Of a stretch of DNA of 37,691 bases, positions 35,762 through 37,691 are shown piece after piece. Source of the stretch: Atractiella rhizophila (lineage: Eukaryota); assembly GCA_021432655.1 (NCBI GenBank), contig MU271629.1, positions 1-37,691 on the forward strand, in the 5' to 3' direction. Position 1 is the first letter of the stretch, and every line of letters begins with the position of its first letter. Position numbers and translations under genes: made by a program. Under the pieces are notes generated by a model that did no database searches, had not been told where the DNA came from, and saw only the letters and a list, made by a program, of their open reading frames with translations.

Positions 35762-36683
35762 ATGGCCCCCAGAATCGCAATCGTTTTCTATTCATTATAT
35801 GGTCACATCAAGACCCTATCAGAAAGTGTAGCCAAAGGTGCGAAGGCAGCTGGCGCCACTGTCGATACTTTTCAGCTTCCTGAAAGTGTGCCCCTCTCTC
35901 TACCGCCTCTCCCCTACCGACTGAACTGATCTGTCTTCTGTAGCCCTCCCTGAGAATGTCTTGCAGCTGATGCACGCTCCTCCGAAGTCGGATTACCCTG
36001 TCCTGAGCGATCCGTCTGTGCTTAAAGACTACGACGGTTTCCTCTTCGGCATCCCCAGTCAGTTTGCCTTGTTTCGTCGAGACAGCGCGAGTGCTTATTT
36101 ATTACATCATCTTGCCAGCTCGTTACGGACGTGCTCCCGCTCAATGGAGCAGCTTCTTCGATACTACAGGTGGGCTTTGGATGTCTGGTGCACTTGTGGG
36201 CAAGGCAGCTGGCATCTTTTCTTCCACCGTTCGTTTCCGATTCCTAGACATCTTGAAGCAGACTATCTAATAGCTAGTAAAAAGGGTGGGCAACACGGTG
36301 GGCAGGAAACGACTGCGTTGACTACGATACCTTTCCTCGCACACCATGGAATCACTTGTGCGACTTCTCTTTTCCTTCCTTAAGTCACGCTCACTCTGAA
36401 GGCGTCACGTAGACATCCCAATTGGATTCGCGGACCCAGACAAATCACTCTTAGATTTATCAGAAATCGTAGGTGGTAGCGCCTAGTGAGTCTTTTGCTT
36501 TCTGGAAACCTATTTCTCCATTGACTCGTGGTTGCTGTGATTAGCGGTGCAGCAACTATTTCTGGCGGCGATGGATCGAGGCAACCCAGCGCAAAAGAGC
36601 TCGCGGTTGCTGAATATCAGGGCAAGTACTTCGCGACTCAGCTCGGATACTATGTGGCTGGAAAGGCCGCTGCTTCCCAGTAA
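35762..36683 (+). CDS. Flavodoxin-like NAD(P)H:quinone oxidoreductase (WrbA/Pst2/Ycp4 family), 6 exons
   Basis: [70 protein letters not shown]; stop TAA at 36681-36683. Confidence 0.95.
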
Positions 36684-36986
36684 ACTTCGCATAGTTTGTT
36701 GATTTGAGAAAACTTTGGACAAGAATACGTAGTGGTTGAGCTTTGCTTTTCCCCTTCCAGCAGAGCAGGTGTAGACATCAGCTAGCGAGCGATAGATATG
36801 CGAGCTAGTTCCTTCCTTCCTAAATTTTGGCCTTTGGCCATATTCATTACGAGAACGGAATGCAGACGCAGCCAATGTGCAAATATATTACGAAATGAGT
36901 GTCTAATGAGACGGGCACAGCCACCACAATGAAATGGGCGTGGCCCGAAAGAGAGAATGAAGTGGTTGCAGATGCTGTGAAGAAGT

Positions 36987-37691
36987 CTATGGATAGTACT
37001 TCTCCTTGTCATTGTAAGATGGCCGCCCAACCTCGATCGTACGAGTATCAAGAGTAACCTGATGAGAGGGCGATTCGGCCACAGAAGCTTGCGAATCAAG
37101 CTTTCCACCTATTTGTCAAATCAAGACTGCAAGGCAAAGAGTGACATACCATGTGTGCCCTGGCATTAGCAGACACCCCCTTGCTACTGATATATCGCGG
37201 TCCACCACTTGCATGGCTGGAAGAGTTTCCAGCGACCTTGTTCTTCGTTACGGTCCAAAAAAGGAATAGTACCTGACATGAATGTTAGCGACATCTAATG
37301 GGGGTCCATATTGATTGTGAAGAACTTACGCAAGCGACATATGCTTTGCTCAATACAAAATTGACCGCAAAATGGTATGTTTTCTGGGGGCAGTTCAGCT
37401 AATGCATGAATAAAGAGTGAGGACCAACGTCAGGGTGTTTCAGGGCAAGTACTGTTTGTTTTTTGTTCAGAATCTCATTCGCCAAGTCTCAAGGATTGAC
37501 ATACGTAAATCTGCCAGAGCGAATGCAGCCGGAATCAATCCCGTTTCGATACTAGAAGCATGTTGATGAATCGGTACGATGAAGAGTGAGAATTCCCCTA
37601 CGTTATGGCTATCCAGCGGGCGAGCAATCGGTTCGTATCCTGGAACTCTGTGCGTTGACTTGCCAGGTATGTTATCAAAATGAAGCTTGGA
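36987..37691 (-). CDS. 3' part of a second DUF6534 membrane protein (paralogue of 24053-25840), continues beyond the window
   Basis: Not in the ORF track. Manual splicing gives LITYLASQRTEFQDTNRLLARWIAIT|IETGLIPAAFALADL|LLALKHPD|KTYHFAVNFVLSKAYVAC|VLFLFWTVTKNKVAGNSSSHASGGPRYISSK..RAHM|LDSQ..KEKYYP*. Confidence 0.85.

Noticed and set aside
36782..37108. 108-aa minus-strand ORF as the last exon of the DUF6534 paralogue
   Set aside because: The alternative frame, entered at the AAG acceptor 8 nt further on, ends ..GRPSYNDKEKYYP*, which resembles ..GHPNN..TEKYP in the other paralogue.
1..37691. CRISPR arrays, tRNA/rRNA/snRNA genes, prokaryotic defence systems
   Set aside because: The sequence is spliceosomal-intron-rich fungal DNA; no regularly spaced repeats or recognisable tRNA/snRNA motifs were seen.

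Overview
Eukaryotic, intron-dense fungal DNA. Introns are mostly about 45-60 nt with GT/GC..AG ends and CTRAY branch points, and DUF6534 and Ncp1-like genes point to a basidiomycete; finer taxonomy cannot be shown from the sequence. There are two N gaps (13014-13268, 17348-17533). Genes assembled by hand, left to right: an intact ~18-exon cytochrome P450 (+); a tandem array of intronless F-box/LRR genes (two near-complete copies plus a truncated third relic, -); a Lys/Ala-rich coiled-coil Ncp1-like gene (-); TAF4 (+); a secreted histidine acid phosphatase/phytase (+); glutamate 5-kinase PRO1, cut by a gap (+); a probable decayed Zn2Cys6 gene; a DUF6534 membrane protein (+); PAPS reductase MET16 (-); H3K4 methyltransferase SET1 (-); Hikeshi/OPI10 (-); a WrbA-type flavodoxin-like quinone reductase (+); and the 3' part of a second DUF6534 paralogue running off the right end (-). 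Most interesting: (i) three introns 10-18x normal length (Ncp1-like, TAF4, PRO1) containing hairpins, one with a C/D-box snoRNA-like signature; (ii) birth-and-death evolution of the F-box/LRR array; (iii) frameshifts in otherwise intact genes, including SET1, all sit in homopolymers, most likely assembly error; (iv) a perfect CYS3/MetR-type site upstream of MET16. I found no tRNA, rRNA, CRISPR or recognisable transposon ORF, and no new system can be claimed as proven.
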